Source of the DNA: Mobula hypostoma | Lineage: Eukaryota | Assembly: GCF_963921235.1 (NCBI RefSeq) | Contig: NC_086097.1 | Span: forward strand, 181,600,001 to 181,664,000 | Direction: 5' to 3' | Length of the DNA: 64,000 bases | Part shown: positions 38,125-51,608 of the stretch, piece by piece | Layout of the letters: the number at the start of each line of letters is the position of its first letter | Position numbering within the stretch: position 1 is the first letter of the stretch | Notes under the pieces: generated by a model | Told to the model about the DNA's origin: nothing | What the model saw: only the letters and a program-made list of their open reading frames with translations | The model's database searches: none | Program-made: the position numbers and the translations under genes

Positions 38125-38275
38125 AGACACAAAAGATGGCAGGTGTTGGAATCTACAGCAACAAACAACCTGCTGGAAGAACTCAGCAGACTAAACAGCC
38201 TCTGGCAGGGGTGAGAAAAGGAATATTGACAGCTCATCCAGCAGGTTGTGTGTTGCTCTGGGAAATCTGCAAGCT
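38125..38275. mobile_element. Second palindromic Penelope-like remnant
   Basis: Inverted arms AGCAACAAACAACCTGCTGGA / TCCAGCAGGTTGTGTGTTGCT. Confidence 0.6.
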
Positions 38276-38563
38276 GACCCTGAAAGAATCACAGAAAAAA
38301 AATAAAATATAACGGTATTCAGTGAAAGAAAACAGTCTCCTTGACCAAGGCACACTCTATCCTGGCCAGAAGGTGACAACGTTCCATATGTGCCAATAAC
38401 CCCCAGTGCTCTCAGGACAACTGAGACAATTAAGTCATACCCTCCCATGCCAAAATGAAGGCCACCCTCACCAATCCACTCTGCACAGACCAGAATATTC
38501 AAAATACCAAGAAATGTTGCAATGATATAAGACAGACAAAGTGAGAGGATTTCCCTTGTTTTT

Positions 38564-38573
38564 TTTATTTATT
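38564..38573 (-). terminator. Candidate FASTK polyadenylation signal (3' UTR ~38545-40333)
   Basis: Two overlapping AATAAA on the - strand ~1.8 kb after the stop codon, followed by T/GT-rich sequence. Confidence 0.5.
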
Positions 38574-40333
38574 CCCAGGTATTTTATAATCCCTTCCAAA
38601 ACTCCCCCTTGGACTGCTACAGCCATGGTAGATTTGAAAGTGTTTGGGACTCCAGCTCATGGTAAACAGATCCAGCACCACACCCCAACCTCGTAGCAAC
38701 CCTACAAACACACGAAGATTATTAAAAAATCCTATTTGACCTCAACATACACACCACCCTGATGCTGATGGACGTGTTAGAATTTCAGCAATTCCTCATT
38801 CATTCACATATTAAACCCACAATCCCATCGACCCCCAAACCCACCATTCAAAACCTAACCAAATTTAAAATACTAAACCTCTGCCCCTTCTCTTCATCAA
38901 TCCCACATTCCCACCCAGCTGGGATTAAAGACTTGCATTCTGCACACCATCTACCTACAACCCACACACTAACAGACAATTACCATTGAACTACAGTCAA
39001 ACACGCCCAGCGAGATGAACCCACTTCAAGGACTGTGCAATTAATTCAACTCTCACAATTACCAGCAGGTGGGGGACAGCTCTTCACTGCTTCCCCTCTC
39101 TCCTCACCTGACTATGAATAGTCAACAGTGTCCTCAGTCCCTCAACCAAAGAGAACTATGGCCACTCCTATCCTACCCCGCTTCACAGAGTAGTTGGAAA
39201 TCTCCAATGGGATAGTGATAGGAAACCCTTTTCACTAACCCCCCACAAAGAATCATACTGTATAAAATCCTCAAATGGTTAAATTAATTTTACATCATGC
39301 AAAAGTAAAGAGTGGTTAAAGTGAATGCAGTGGGCAGGCAGGCCTGTGAGGTTGAGCTCATTTGCCTCCTCACAGCTAGCAGCCTTAAGAAACACTCCCT
39401 GCACCTCTGGCCCTCGATGGTGGTAGTGAACACACACACAACACACACCAAAGCAACACCCCAGGGCTCTTTCAACAGCAGCCCCCTTCCTCACTGGCCC
39501 TGTGCTGATTGGGAGTACAGGCAAATAGCTACACCGTAAAGTCACCAGTGGGTCCAAATCTTGGAAATCCCTCTCCATTGACACTGTGGGAGCACTATTC
39601 CCCGAGGTGCTTCAGCCCCACCTGTTAGTTAATAAAAGTTGGCCTTCTCTATGTGGGTCTGTGACCATTTGATCTTGCAAAGCCCAGTGGCCAACGACAC
39701 AAGTCGGAGCAGAGGTACCCACATCACTGCTCAGTGCTGCTCTCTACCCCTGCCAGCCAGGTCTGGGGTGCAAGGGAGAGCCTCTCACTATAGAGGCCTT
39801 GGGCTGTCTGTTGGGGGAGTTGGAGCATTGAGAACAGTTTAATTTACCCATGGTTTGTCTGGGGGTCCCCGCCTGTGCTTCCCCCTCAGTCTGAGAAAGG
39901 GAGACCCAAACCCCTCACTTCCTTTGACTTTGGAAGGTGGTGAGAGGCCAACGATGGGGTGGTTGGTATCCACTCCACAAGGGCTAGTGAACACTCCGTT
40001 CAAACTCCACAAAGACTGACCTTTTGTGAAACTTCCTGTGAAAATATCCAGTAGCTCATTGCTTACAGTCTACCGTCTCCAGAGATGGTGCAAGACATCT
40101 GGCAGTAGTTAGCATGTGAACACACAAAAAGCAAATAAAAACAGTAAAACCAGGAGACACACTTGCTACACTTCAAAGGAAAAAGGGAAGGGAGAAAGAA
40201 ATAATTGGAGCAATTCCAGAATTTCCAACAGGATCGGCGCTACAAACTGCCGAGGTCTGATTGCCAGCGGAGGCCACTGCCGACTCTCCAAGTACAAACG
40301 GGAGGAGGTACAAAAGTATCTAGTCTTTGATCG

Positions 40334-40420
40334 TCATAACTGCACGTCCAGGAGTCTCTTTTGTAAATACTGTTTAACTTCCTCGATCCCATTCAGCTTT
40401 TCCAGCTCATGGTAAGGCAG
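40334..40420 (-). CDS. FASTK: FASTK last coding exon (LPYHELEKLNGIEEVKQYLQKRLLDVQL*)
   Basis: TCTTCCTTTACAG acceptor, phase 0 matching the upstream exon; resembles the FASTK RAP C-terminus LPFEELE...LKSYLRQKL. Confidence 0.93.
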   Translation of the reverse strand: MPYHELEKLNGIEEVKQYLQKRLLDVQL

Positions 40421-40504
40421 CTGTAAAGGAAGAGCAGAGACACAGGGTCAGAGACCTGTATGCAGTCCCTCCCTGCCCCAACACCGCCCAGACAGTGTCA
40501 GTTG

Positions 40505-40940
40505 TGGACACAGTGGCGCAGCAGTCCCACAGCACTAGAGACCCTGGTTCTGTTCTGAGCCCGAGTACTGTCTCTTTAGTTGTATACAATCCACCTGTGA
40601 CAGCATCTTTTCCCTGTGAGCTCCAATCTCGTGCTCTCTTTATAGTTGGCGTAAGAAAATGTTAAGATATGTCCATAACCTTCCCAGAGCTGCTGCGTGC
40701 AGCAGGTTTCCTTCATTGGATGGAAGATGGGACAGTTCAGAAGCCCAAGAGTAGGATACATAGCAGGAGATCAGGACTACTGATACACAGACTGGTTGGA
40801 ATTGTTTCCACTGGAGTGGAAGGAGCTGAGGAGCAACCTCAAAAGATCATGAGCTGTATAGGTTAGGTGATGGAGGCAGAAGCTTGTTTGCTGTGGTGCT
40901 CCAGGTTCCTGCCACATCCCAAAGGTCAGCTGGTCAGTCC
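40505..40940 (+). mobile_element. Fragmented tRNA-derived V-SINE-like remnant in the last FASTK intron
   Basis: Degenerate tRNA head (CAGTGGCGCAGC...GACCCTGGTTC) at ~40510-40570 and GTGCTCCAGGTTCCTGCCACATCCCAAAG at ~40895-40925. Confidence 0.5.
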
Positions 40941-42289
40941 CAAATGAGCCATTTTCTTTCCTTAGTTATTCTCCACTTTTATTTATAATACAGACTCTCA
41001 GAGGTGCTCCCACACAAAGGAGCACACTATTGAGTGAAGTTTGTATCAGGTCAGTGTAAGAATAATCCAACCACTTCTGCTCCCTGCTTTCTCCCAGTGG
41101 TTGAAATGGTTGTGATGTCTAAACAGAAGAAAGTTCTCTTCTCTTTAGCATTGGGGTCGAAGAAACCCAGGGGCAGAGGTTTAAATTGGGAAAGATCCAA
41201 AGGAGAGATGTTTCCATACAGCCTGAAACATGTCGCCCAAGAGTCATACAGTAATAGAGCACGGAAAAAGGCCTTTTAATTCAACTTGTTGGTGCTGACC
41301 ACAGCATCCACTCTGCTTGTTTCATTGCCTATGTTCAGCCCATATCTCTCCAAGCCCTCCCCTCCATGAATCAGTCTTAAATGTGCAGTTATACCCACCT
41401 CAACCTCTTCCCCTGGATAACCACTACCCTTTGTTTAACAAGTTACTTCTCCGATCCCATTTAAATCTCTCTCCTCTTGCCTTGTATATGTGGCCTTTCC
41501 TTTGGACTCCTCAGGCCTGAAGAAGAATATGACCATCCGAAAATTATCCACTCCCTTTATGATTTTATAAACTTCTGAGGTCACCTCCTCATTCTTCTGC
41601 ACCCTACAATGGCCAACCTCTCCCTATAAATCAGGCCCTCTAGTCCATGTGGCATCCTCATAAATCTCTTCTGTGCCCTCTCCAACTTGACAATGGGAAA
41701 TTTTGGAAGACTTCCAGACTCCCAGGTAACTAAATCTGCATGACGTGCATTGAGCTGCGGCTCCTTATAGACTGTTAAGGAAGTGGAGCTACAGCTTGAT
41801 GCACTTCGTGCAGATGTAGTCATCAGGGAGACTGAGGAGGTGATAGATAGGAGCTACAGGGAGGTAGTCACCCCTAAATTGCAGTAAGTGGGTCCCAGGG
41901 TGACTGTCAGGAGAGGGAAAGGGAATAGGCAGCCACTACAGAGTACCCCTATGGCCATTTCCTTCAATAATATGTATAACGCTTCAGATGTTCTTGGAGC
42001 AGATGACCTTCTAGGGGAAAGCTACAGCAACTCTGGCACTGAGTCTGGCTCTGTGGCTCAAAAGGGAAAGGGGAAGAAGAGCAGTGCAGTGGTGACAGGA
42101 TTCCATAATTAGAGGAGCAGAAAGTGGATTCTGTGGAAGTGAAAGAGACACCCAGATGGTATGTTGCCACCCAGATGCCAGGGTCAGGGACGTCTCAGAT
42201 CAGATCCATAGCAGTCTACAGAGAAGTGAACAGCTGGAAGTCATGGTACATATTCGTACCAATGACATAGGTAGAAAAAGGGAGGAAGA

Positions 42290-43545
42290 CTTCACACTTA
42301 TGACCATGTGGCTAAGCACAGCTCCAATGCCATACTCAAGTTTGCTGACGACACCACTGCCGTTGGCCAAATCAAAGGTGGGGATGAATCATCCTGGAGG
42401 AAGAAGAGTGAAAATCTGGCTGAGTTGTGTCATAACAATAACCTATGACTCAATGTCAGCAAGACCAAGGAGCTGATTATTGACTCAAGAGAAGGAAACC
42501 AGAGTCCCATGAGCCAGTCCTGATCAGAGGGTCAGAAGTGGAGAGGGTCAGCAACTTTAAATTTCTTGATGTTATTTTGGAGGACCTGTCATGGGCCCAG
42601 CATGCGAGTGCAATTATGAAGAAAGCACGGCAGCACCTCTACTTCCTTAGAAGTTTGCGAAGATTCAGCATGACACCTAAAACGCTGACAAACTTTGATA
42701 GATGTGTAGTGGAGAGTATATTTACTGGCTGCATCGGAGCCTGGTATGGAAACAACAATGCCCTTGAACAGAAAACCCTAAAAAAAAGTAGTGGATACAG
42801 CCCAGTCCATCACAGGTAAAGCCCACCCAACCATTGAGCAGACCTACAGGAAACTCTGTCAGAGGAGAGCAGCATCCATCATCAGGAGCCCCTACCACCT
42901 GGACATGCTCTCTTCTTGCTACTGTCATCAGGAAGGTGGTACAGGACCCTCAGGATTCACATCGCCAGGTTCAGAAACAGTTACTACCCCTCAACCTGAC
43001 TGAACTTCAGTCAACTTCAATTGTCCAATCATAAAAATATTCCCACAACCAATGAAGACAGTTTCAAAGACTCTTCGAGTTCTCGATATTTATTGCTTAT
43101 TTATTATTATTAATACTACTTTTTAGCCAGAGGGTGGTGAATCTATGGAATTTGTTACCACGGGTGGCAGTGGAGGCCAAGTCATTGGGTGTATTTAAGG
43201 CAGGGATTAACAGGCATCTGAGTAGCCAGGGCATCAAAGGTTATGGTGAGAAGGCGGGGGAGTGGGACTAAATGGGAGAATGGATCAGCTCATGATAAAA
43301 TAGTGGAGCAGACTCGATGGGCCGAATGGCCTACTTCTGCTCCTTTGTCTTATGGTCTTATTTTTCTATTTGCACAGTTTGCTGTCTTCTGCACTCTGGT
43401 TGAATGTCCTAGTTGGGCATCTTTCATTGTTTCTGTTATGGTTGTTATTCTAAAGATTTATTGAGTATGCTCATGAGAAAATTAATGTCAGGGTTGTACA
43501 TGCTGACATATATGTGCTTGATAATAATTTTACTTTGAATTTTGA
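42290..43545 (+). mobile_element. Rex1/Babar 3' part, with a short CR1 3' fragment (~43120-43360) in its UTR
   Basis: MERVSNFKFL, KKARQHLYFLRSLRRF and VESIFTGCIGAWYG motifs; TTTGAA-type tail. Confidence 0.85.
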
Positions 43546-44649
43546 AGAGAATATAGGGAGTTAGGCAGGACTTCCAGGGTAGTAATCTCTGGATTGCTGT
43601 CCATGCCACATGCCAGTGAGGATAAGAATAAGTTGATTTGGCAGATGAATGTGTGGTTGCAGAACAAGTGTAGGGGGCAGTGCTTCAGATTTCTGGATCA
43701 TTGGGACCTCTTCTGGGGAAGGTGTTAACCTGTACAAAAAAAAACTCAGGTTAGACTGGAACCCAGGGAAGACCAATATCCTTGCGGGCAGGTTTGCTTG
43801 AGCTGCTGGGGAGGGGTTAAACTAATTTGCAGGGGGATGAGAACCAGAGTGATAGGGCAAAATTGTAGTCAGTGTAACAGAGGGCCAAAATCAAAAAAGA
43901 ATGATGAACACAGGACGAAAGATGTTATACCTGAATGTACGCAGTAGACTGAATAGAGTAGATGATCTTGTAGCGTAGTTAAAGATTGGCAGCAGGTAGG
44001 CAGAGGGGTGTGGTGGCTTTGTCGGTAAAAAAAAATGAAATCAAATCCTTAGAAAGAGGTGACATAGGATTGGAAGATGTTGAATCCTTGTGGGATTGAG
44101 TTAAGAAACTGCAAGGATAAAAAGACCCCGATGGGAGTTATATACAGATCCCCAAACAGTGGCCAGGATGTTGGCTATGAATTAAAATGGGGGATAGAAA
44201 AGTCATGTAAAATGGACAATGTTACAACAGTGACAGGGGATTTAATACGAATGTAGATTGGGAAAATTCAGTTGGTGCTGGATCCCAAGGGAAGGAATTT
44301 GTAGAATGCCTATGAGATGGCTTTTTAGAGCAGCTTGCATTTGAGCCCATTAGAGAAATGGCAATTCTGAATTGGGTGTCATGTAATGACCCATATTTGA
44401 TTAGGAAGCTTAAGGTAAAGGAACCCTTAGAAGACAGTGATCACAATATGATAGAATTGACCCTGCAGTTTGAGAAAGAGATGCTAAAATCAGATGCATG
44501 GAGTAAAGGGAATTACAGAGGCATGAGGGAGGAGTTGACCAAAGTTGATTGGAAGGGAACACTAGCAGGATGACAGCAGAACAGCAATAGCTGGTGTTTC
44601 TGGGAGAAATTCGAAAGACACAGGAAAGATACATTCCAAAGATAAAGCA

Positions 44650-45012
44650 AAACACACACACACAATAATACTGGAGGAACTCAGCAGGTCAGGCAGCACC
44701 TATAGAAATAAATAGTTGATGTTTCAGGCTGAGACTTGTTCAAGACTGAGAAGGAAGAGGGAAGATGCCATCATAAAAGGTGGCGGGGGGTGAAAGAGGG
44801 TAGGTGAAGCCATTGGGAGGAACAATCAAGGGCTAGAGGAGGAGGAATATGATGAGAGAGTGGACCATTAAAAGGGAAGGAGTGGACCCAAGGGGAAAGT
44901 AATAGGCATATGAGAAAAAGTAAAAGGTGAGTGAGATATAAAGGAAGGTCGGGGGTAGATGTAGATTTGTTTACCAGGAGAAATCAATATTCATGCCATT
45001 AGGTTGGAGGCG
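44650..45012 (-). mobile_element. Penelope-like element 3' fragment
   Basis: - strand LQPNGMNIDF, typical of the C-terminus of a Penelope GIY-YIG ORF; pyrimidine-rich UTR; degenerate hammerhead motif. Confidence 0.75.
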
Positions 45013-46799
45013 ACGAAAAAGTATTCAAAAGAGTGGATGAGGCAATTGTGGCTGACAAGGGAAGTCAAAGACAGCATAAAAGCCATTGAGTGAGCATATA
45101 TTATAGCAAACATTAGTGGGAAGGTAAAGCATTGGGAAGCTTTTAAAAACAGAAAGCATCTAAAAAAGCTGTAAAAGAGAAAAGATGAACTATGAAGGTA
45201 AGCTACCCAATAATATAAAAGGGGATACAAAAAGATTTTTTAGATATATAAAGAATAAAAGAGGCAAGAGTGGATAATGCACTGCTGGAAAATGACACTG
45301 CAGAGGTAGTAATGGGGGATAAAGAAATAATGGAAGAACTTAATAAGTATTTTTGCATCAGTTTTCACTAGCAGAACGCCAGATATGCAAGAATTGAGTG
45401 TTGTTGAAAGTACTAAGGAGAAGATGCTTGGGAAGCTGAAAAAGTCTGAAGGTAGATAAATCAACTGGACCAGTTCTGAAAGAGGTAGCTGAAGAGATTG
45501 TGGAAGCATTAGTAAGGATACTTCAAGAATCACTGAATTCTGGAATGGTTCCTAAGGCCTGGAAAATTGCAAATGTCACTTCACTTTTTAAGAAGGGAGG
45601 TAGGCTGAAGAAAGGAAATTAAAGACCACTTCAGTGGGTGGGAAGATGTTGGAGCTAATTGTTAAGGATGCAGTTTCAGGATACTGGGAGGCACGTGACA
45701 AAATAAGCTGTAGTCCGCATGGTTTCCTTAAGAGAAACTTTTGCCTGACAAATCTGTTGGGATTCTTTGAAGAAATAACAAGCAGAGAGATTAAAGAGAT
45801 TCATTCAGTGTTGTTTATTTGGATTTTCAAAAGATCATTAACAAGGTGCTGCACATGAGGCTGCTAAACAAAGTAAGAGCCCATGCTATTACAGAAAAAG
45901 TAGTAGAATGGACAAAAGATTGACAGACTGGCAGGAGATAAAGACTGGAAATAAAGTGTGCCTTTTCTGGTTAGCTGTCGGTGACTAGTGGTGTGCCACA
46001 GGGGTCCGTGTTGGGACTGCTTCCTTTCACATTGTATGACAATGACTTGGATGAAGGAATTGATGGCTTTGTGGCCAAGTTTGCACACAATACGAAGACG
46101 AAGGTAGGTGGAAGGGCAGGTAGCGTTGAGACAAGGCTGTCTAAAGTTACAAAAGGATTTAGGTTAACTGCCAAACTGGGGAGAGTACTGGCTGATGGAA
46201 CTTAACTCGCGCAAATGAGAGATGATGTGTTTTGGGAAGTCAAACCAGAGCATGGCTTACACAGTAAATGATGGGGCTCTGAGAGTGCTATAGAAGAAAG
46301 ATCCAGAGGTGCAACTGACAGTTCTCTGAACATTGCGATACAGGGAGACAAGATGGTGAAGGTGGTGTTTGGCATGCTTGCCTTCATCAGACACTGATAC
46401 AAGAGTTGGGATGTCATGTTACAACTACAAAGAGTTGGTGAGACTGGACCTGGAATATTGTTTGCACTTCTGCACTACTACAGGAAGGATGTGATTAAGC
46501 CAAAGAAGTTACAGGGAAGATTTACAAACATATTATCGGGACTGGAGAGCTTGAGTCACAAGGAGAGTCTGCACAGACTGGAACTGTTTTTAGAACACAG
46601 AACAGCATAGCACAGGAACAGCCTACAATATTTGTGTTGAAAACAACACCAAATTAAACTAATCTCTACTGCCTGCACGATTCAATTCCCTCCATTTCCC
46701 GCATATTCATGTGTTTATCCAACAGCCTCTTAAATACATCTATAGTATCTACTTCCACCATCACCCCTGGGAGCCAGCACCTACCATAAATAATTGCCC

Positions 46800-48070
46800 C
46801 AAAGTTTAAAGTAAAATTTATTATCAGAGCACACACATGGCACCACATACAACCCTGAGATTCTTTTTCCTGCAGGCATACTCAGAAAATCTATAGAACA
46901 GTAACTGTAAACAGGATCAATGAAAGAGCAAGGGCACAGAAGACAACAAATTGCAAATGCAAATATAAACAAATAACAATAAATAATGAGAGCATGAAAA
47001 AATACCATAAATAGTCCTTAAAGTGTAGTTATCCTCTTTTGGTTGTGGGAACATCTCAATACATGAGTGTAGTTATCCTCTTTTGTTCAAGAGTCTGATG
47101 GTTGAGGGGTAGTAACTGTTCTTGAACCTGGTGGTGTGAGTTCTGAGGCACCTCTACCTTCTATCTGATGGCAGCAACGAGAAATGAGCACGGCCTGGAT
47201 AGTAAGGATCTTTGATAATGGATGCTGTTCTTCTACAACAGCACTTCATGTAGATGAGCCCAATGGTTGGGAGGGCTTCAGCCACAATGTACTGGGCCAA
47301 CCCCACTACCCTTTGTAGGATTTTCCACTCAAACACATCGGTGTTCCCAGACAAGGCTGGAATGCAGCCAGTCATAACATTTTCCACTACCTATCTATAA
47401 AAGTTTGTCAGGGTTTTTGATGACATGCTAAATCTCCGCAGACTCCTGAGGAAGTGGAGACGCTGTCATGCTTACTTTACAATTTCATTTATATGATGGG
47501 TCTAGGACAGGTCCTCTGAGATAGCGACACTCAGGAATTTGAAGTTACTGACCCTCTCTACCTCAGATTCTCAATGAGTACCGGCAAATAGACCTCTGGT
47601 TTCCATCTCCATAAGTCTACAATCAGAACTTTGGTCATAGAGTGAGGGGGTGCTGCTAAATTTTCAATCCCCCTCCTGTATGCTGACTCATCACCACCTT
47701 TGATATGGCACATACCAGCGATGTCATTAGCAAACTTGAATATGGCGTTGAAGCTGTACTTGGCCAAAAAACCATAGGTGTAAAGTGAGTAGAGTAGGGG
47801 GCTAAGCACACAGCCCTCTGGTGCGCCTGTGTTGATGGTGATTGTGCAGATGTTTTTGCCAATCCAAACTGACTGGGGTCATCCTGATCCAATTGCACAA
47901 GAGAGTATTGAGGCCCAGATCTTAGAGTTTAATGATTAGTTTTGAGGAGATGATAGTGTAAGATACTGAGCTGTAATCAATAAAGTACATCCTGAGGTAT
48001 CCATCTTTGCTGTCCAGATGTTCCAAGGTTGTGAGAACAGCCAATGTGATGAAATCTGCTGTGGACCGGT
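46800..48070 (-). mobile_element. Rex1/Babar LINE 3' half
   Basis: LSPLLYSLYT, FKFAND and SIIKDPYYPG...LLPS motifs; AATAAATTTTACTTT tail. Confidence 0.85.
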
Positions 48071-49699
48071 TGACCCACACTTTCTTTAAAAGTTCCCACT
48101 CTCACATTAAAGGCATGTTCTCCATTACTTGACATTTCAACCTGAGAAAAAGACTGTTTACTTGCTCTTTGCCTCTCATAACTTTATGAACTTCGATATC
48201 AGGTCTTCCTTCAGCCCTTGAAGCTCCAGAGAAAACAACCCAAGTTTGTCCCATCTTTCCTTATACCCTCCAATCCAAGCAGCATCCCTCTGCAACACCT
48301 CCACATCCTTCCTATTATGGAGGTACTAGAACTGCACACAATATTCCAAGTACCGCTTAACCAAAGTTTCATATAGCTGCGACATGATTTCCTTGTTCTT
48401 CTACTCAACATCCTGACTAATGAAAGCAAAGATGGTGTATACCACCTTATCTCCTTGAGTGGCCCCTTTCAGTGAACATGGTGTTCAATTTCAATGTTGT
48501 TGTGGGCTTTCCCATTAATTGTAGACTTTCCTTTCACCTCAGACCTCTGAAAGTGCAAAATCTCACATCAGCCTGAATTAAGTTTCTTCTGCCACTTCTC
48601 TGCTCATACCTGTAATTGTTCTATATTCTCTGGAGCAAGAGAGCCTAGGATTTATAAAATCATGCAGATGAGCAGCTAAGTTGATTGGTCAGGTTTTTAT
48701 CTCAGGGTAGGGGAGGCCAAAATGAGAGAACAGAGGTTAGACAGGAAAGATTTAAAGGGGTTTGAGATTTTCCACACACAGTGTGATGGGTATATGGAAC
48801 AAACTGCCAGATGAAACATTCAAGGCAGGAACAATTACAATGTTTAAAAGATGTTCATGATATGAAAGGTTTAGAGAGTAAAGGACCAAATGCAGACAAA
48901 TGGGACTAGTCCAGGAAAGGCAGCTTGGTCTGCATGAGTGAGTTGGGTTGAAGAGCCTGTGTAACCTACCTCTAAATCAGCATTTTTTTGAATGCCCTCA
49001 TAGGCAGCTCAGTGTCAAAATTTGTTTATTAGGCTCCCGTGAAATGATTTAAGACTCTTACTTGGTGATTTACATGGCTACTGCTCAAATTCTTCCTAAT
49101 TTGCTGATAGATGGGGAGTAGCAAACAATCCATCATGCTGTCCAGTCTCTCCCTGTTTCAGCATCTAACTGTTAAATTATTGCCTCATTTGTTGCCCACA
49201 TGTCCAGCAAACTTGAGCCAACTGACTCTCTCCAGGAATTTATGACATCAATCCTTACATGATCAATTAACTACAGTTTCTTGTTCTATTATCAATCTTT
49301 CATTTAAAGTAATTTTCAGTCTTCTTTACCAATACCACACAATCAACCTTTCCTTGAGATCATCTAGCAAATTCCTCTCTACCAGGTTGAACAGCCCATA
49401 ACTTAGATCCTGACCTTGGAAACTGCTGTTGCTCCACCGACTTCATGTCTCCTGAGACCAGAACTTGACTGGGCTCAAGACTTCACCCAGTGCTTCAGGG
49501 GAGGGTGGGTAAAGGTGGTCTGGGATTCCTCCAAATTTATAACAGGTGTTCATCAAACATCTACTCAGAACGTATTAAGGGACTTGCCAAAATAAAAACC
49601 CATCATTGCTCGAACTTCCCAGGAGGTTAATGAAATTTGGCATGCCTTCTTTGCCTCTCACCAATTTTAATCAATGCACCATAGAAAGCATCTTACCTA

Positions 49700-50162
49700 A
49701 ATGCACACAAAATGCTGGAGGAATTCAGCAGACCAGGCTGCATCTATGGATAAAAGTAGCTGATGTTTCAGGCTGAAACCCTTCAGCAAGACTGGAGAAA
49801 AAAATGCTGAGGAGTAGATTTAAAAGGTGGAGTAAAGGGAGAGAGAGAGAGAAACACCAGATGGTAGCTGAAACCCAGAGGGGAAGCGATGAGGTAAAGA
49901 GGAGGGAAGTTGATTGGTGAAAGAGACAGAAGGCCATGGAAGAAAGGAGAAAGTGCAGGGGGAGGAAGGAAGAGAGAAGCACCATAGGGAGGCGATGGGC
50001 GGGCAAGTAGATATGGTGAGAGAGGGAAAAAGGGATGGGAAATGGTGAAGGGGTGGGGGGCATGACTAGAAGTTTGAGATATCAATGTTCAATTTGATTT
50101 CTCAAACTTCTGGTACTGCCCCCCACTCACCCCCTCCTCACCATTTGCCATCTCCTTTTCCC
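49700..50162 (-). mobile_element. Penelope-like 3' fragment with an inverted partial copy
   Basis: - strand NIDISNF* ORF end near 50067-50090, followed immediately by its inverted copy (50093-50162); degenerate hammerhead motif at ~49758-49793. Confidence 0.72.
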
Positions 50163-50309
50163 GAGGCACTCTTCTGCCTTAGTTACATCACCTGGCTAAA
50201 AGCTCTTCATGCCTAATCAGTTCAAGTCCTCATCTGGATACTTCTTCAATGCTTTCAGTTGACTCTGGGTCCACCAGTCTCTCCAGCAGTGTTCCAGATA
50301 TCTTCTTCT

Positions 50310-51108
50310 CTGGTCAGGATGCTGTTCATCGACTATAGCTCAGCATTTAATACCATCATTCCCACAATCCTGATTGATAAGTTACAGAACCTGGGTCTCT
50401 GTATCTCCCTCTGCAATTGGATCCTCGACTTCCTAACCGAAGACTACAGTCTGTGCAGATTGGTGACAATATCGTCTCCTTGCTGACTACTGAACACTGG
50501 TGCACCTCAGAGGTGTGTAGCCCACTGCTCTACTCTCTCTACACCCATGACTGTGTGGCTAGGAATAGCTCAAATACCATCTATAAATTTGCTGAAGATT
50601 CACCCATTGCTGGTAGAATCTCGGATGGAGACAAGAGGGTGTACAGGAGCCAGATATGCCAAACTGGTCGAGTGGTGTCACAGCAACAACCATACACTCA
50701 ACATCAGTAAGATGGAAGAGTTGATTCTGGACTTCAGAAGAGCAAGACGAAGGTACACATACCAATCCTCATAGAGGGATCAGAAATGGAGAGAGTGGGC
50801 AGTTTCAAGATCTCTGAGGACCTAACCTGGTCCCAACATATTGATGCAGCTATAAAGAAGGCAAGACAGTGACTATATTTCATTAGTAGTTGAAGAGATT
50901 TGGTATGTCAACAAAAACACTCAAAAACATTTACTGATATACTGTGGAGAGCATTCTGACAGGCTGCATCACTGTCTGTTAATGGGGGTGGGGGGGGAAG
51001 AGAGAGAGGGAGAGAGAGTGAGTGAGTGAGAGAGAGAGAGAGAGAGAGAGGGGGGAGAGAGAGAGAGAGAGAGAGTGAGAGAGTGAGAGAGTGAGAGAGT
51101 GAGAGAGT

Positions 51109-51159
<51 letters not shown>

Positions 51160-51608
51160 TACTGCACAGGACCAAAAGAAGCTGCAGAGGGTTGTAAATT
51201 TAGTCGGCTCCATCTTGGGTACTAGCCTACAAAGTACCCAGGACATCTTCAAGGAGTGGTGTCTCAGAAAGGCAGCGTCCATTATTAAGGACCACCAGCA
51301 CCCAGGGCATGACTTTCTCTCACTGTTACCATCAGGTAGGAGGTACAGAAGCATGAAAGCACACACTCATTTATTCAGGAACAGCTAATTCCCCTCTGCC
51401 ATCTGATTCCTAAATGGACATTCAACCCATGAACACTGCCTCAGTTTTTAAATCTATATTATTTCTGTTTTTGCATGATTTTTAATCTATTCAACATACA
51501 TATAGAGGATTAATTGATTTTCTTCTATATGATGTATTGCATTGAACTACTGCTGCTAAGTTAATGAATTTCACGACACATGCCAGTGATAATAAACCTG
51601 ATTCTGAT
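50310..51608 (+). mobile_element. Rex1/Babar LINE 3' half
   Basis: [29 protein letters not shown] and SIIKDHQHPGH...LPSGRRY motifs; AATAAACCTGATTCTGAT tail. Confidence 0.92.
50983..51158. repeat. Compound microsatellite G-run/(GA)n/(GAGT)n/(GACA)n inside Rex1
   Basis: Directly visible. Confidence 0.95.

Larger units (their letters stand above)
41690..46600 (+). mobile_element. Degraded long CR1 LINE (ORF1 and ORF2) carrying nested Rex1, CR1 and Penelope fragments
   Basis: ORF1 MVCCHPDARV...HIRTNDIG, resuming at ~43546; endonuclease [18 protein letters not shown]. Confidence 0.8.

Noticed and set aside
50908..51388. LSLSLS / RERERE ORFs
   Set aside because: Translations of a microsatellite within Rex1.
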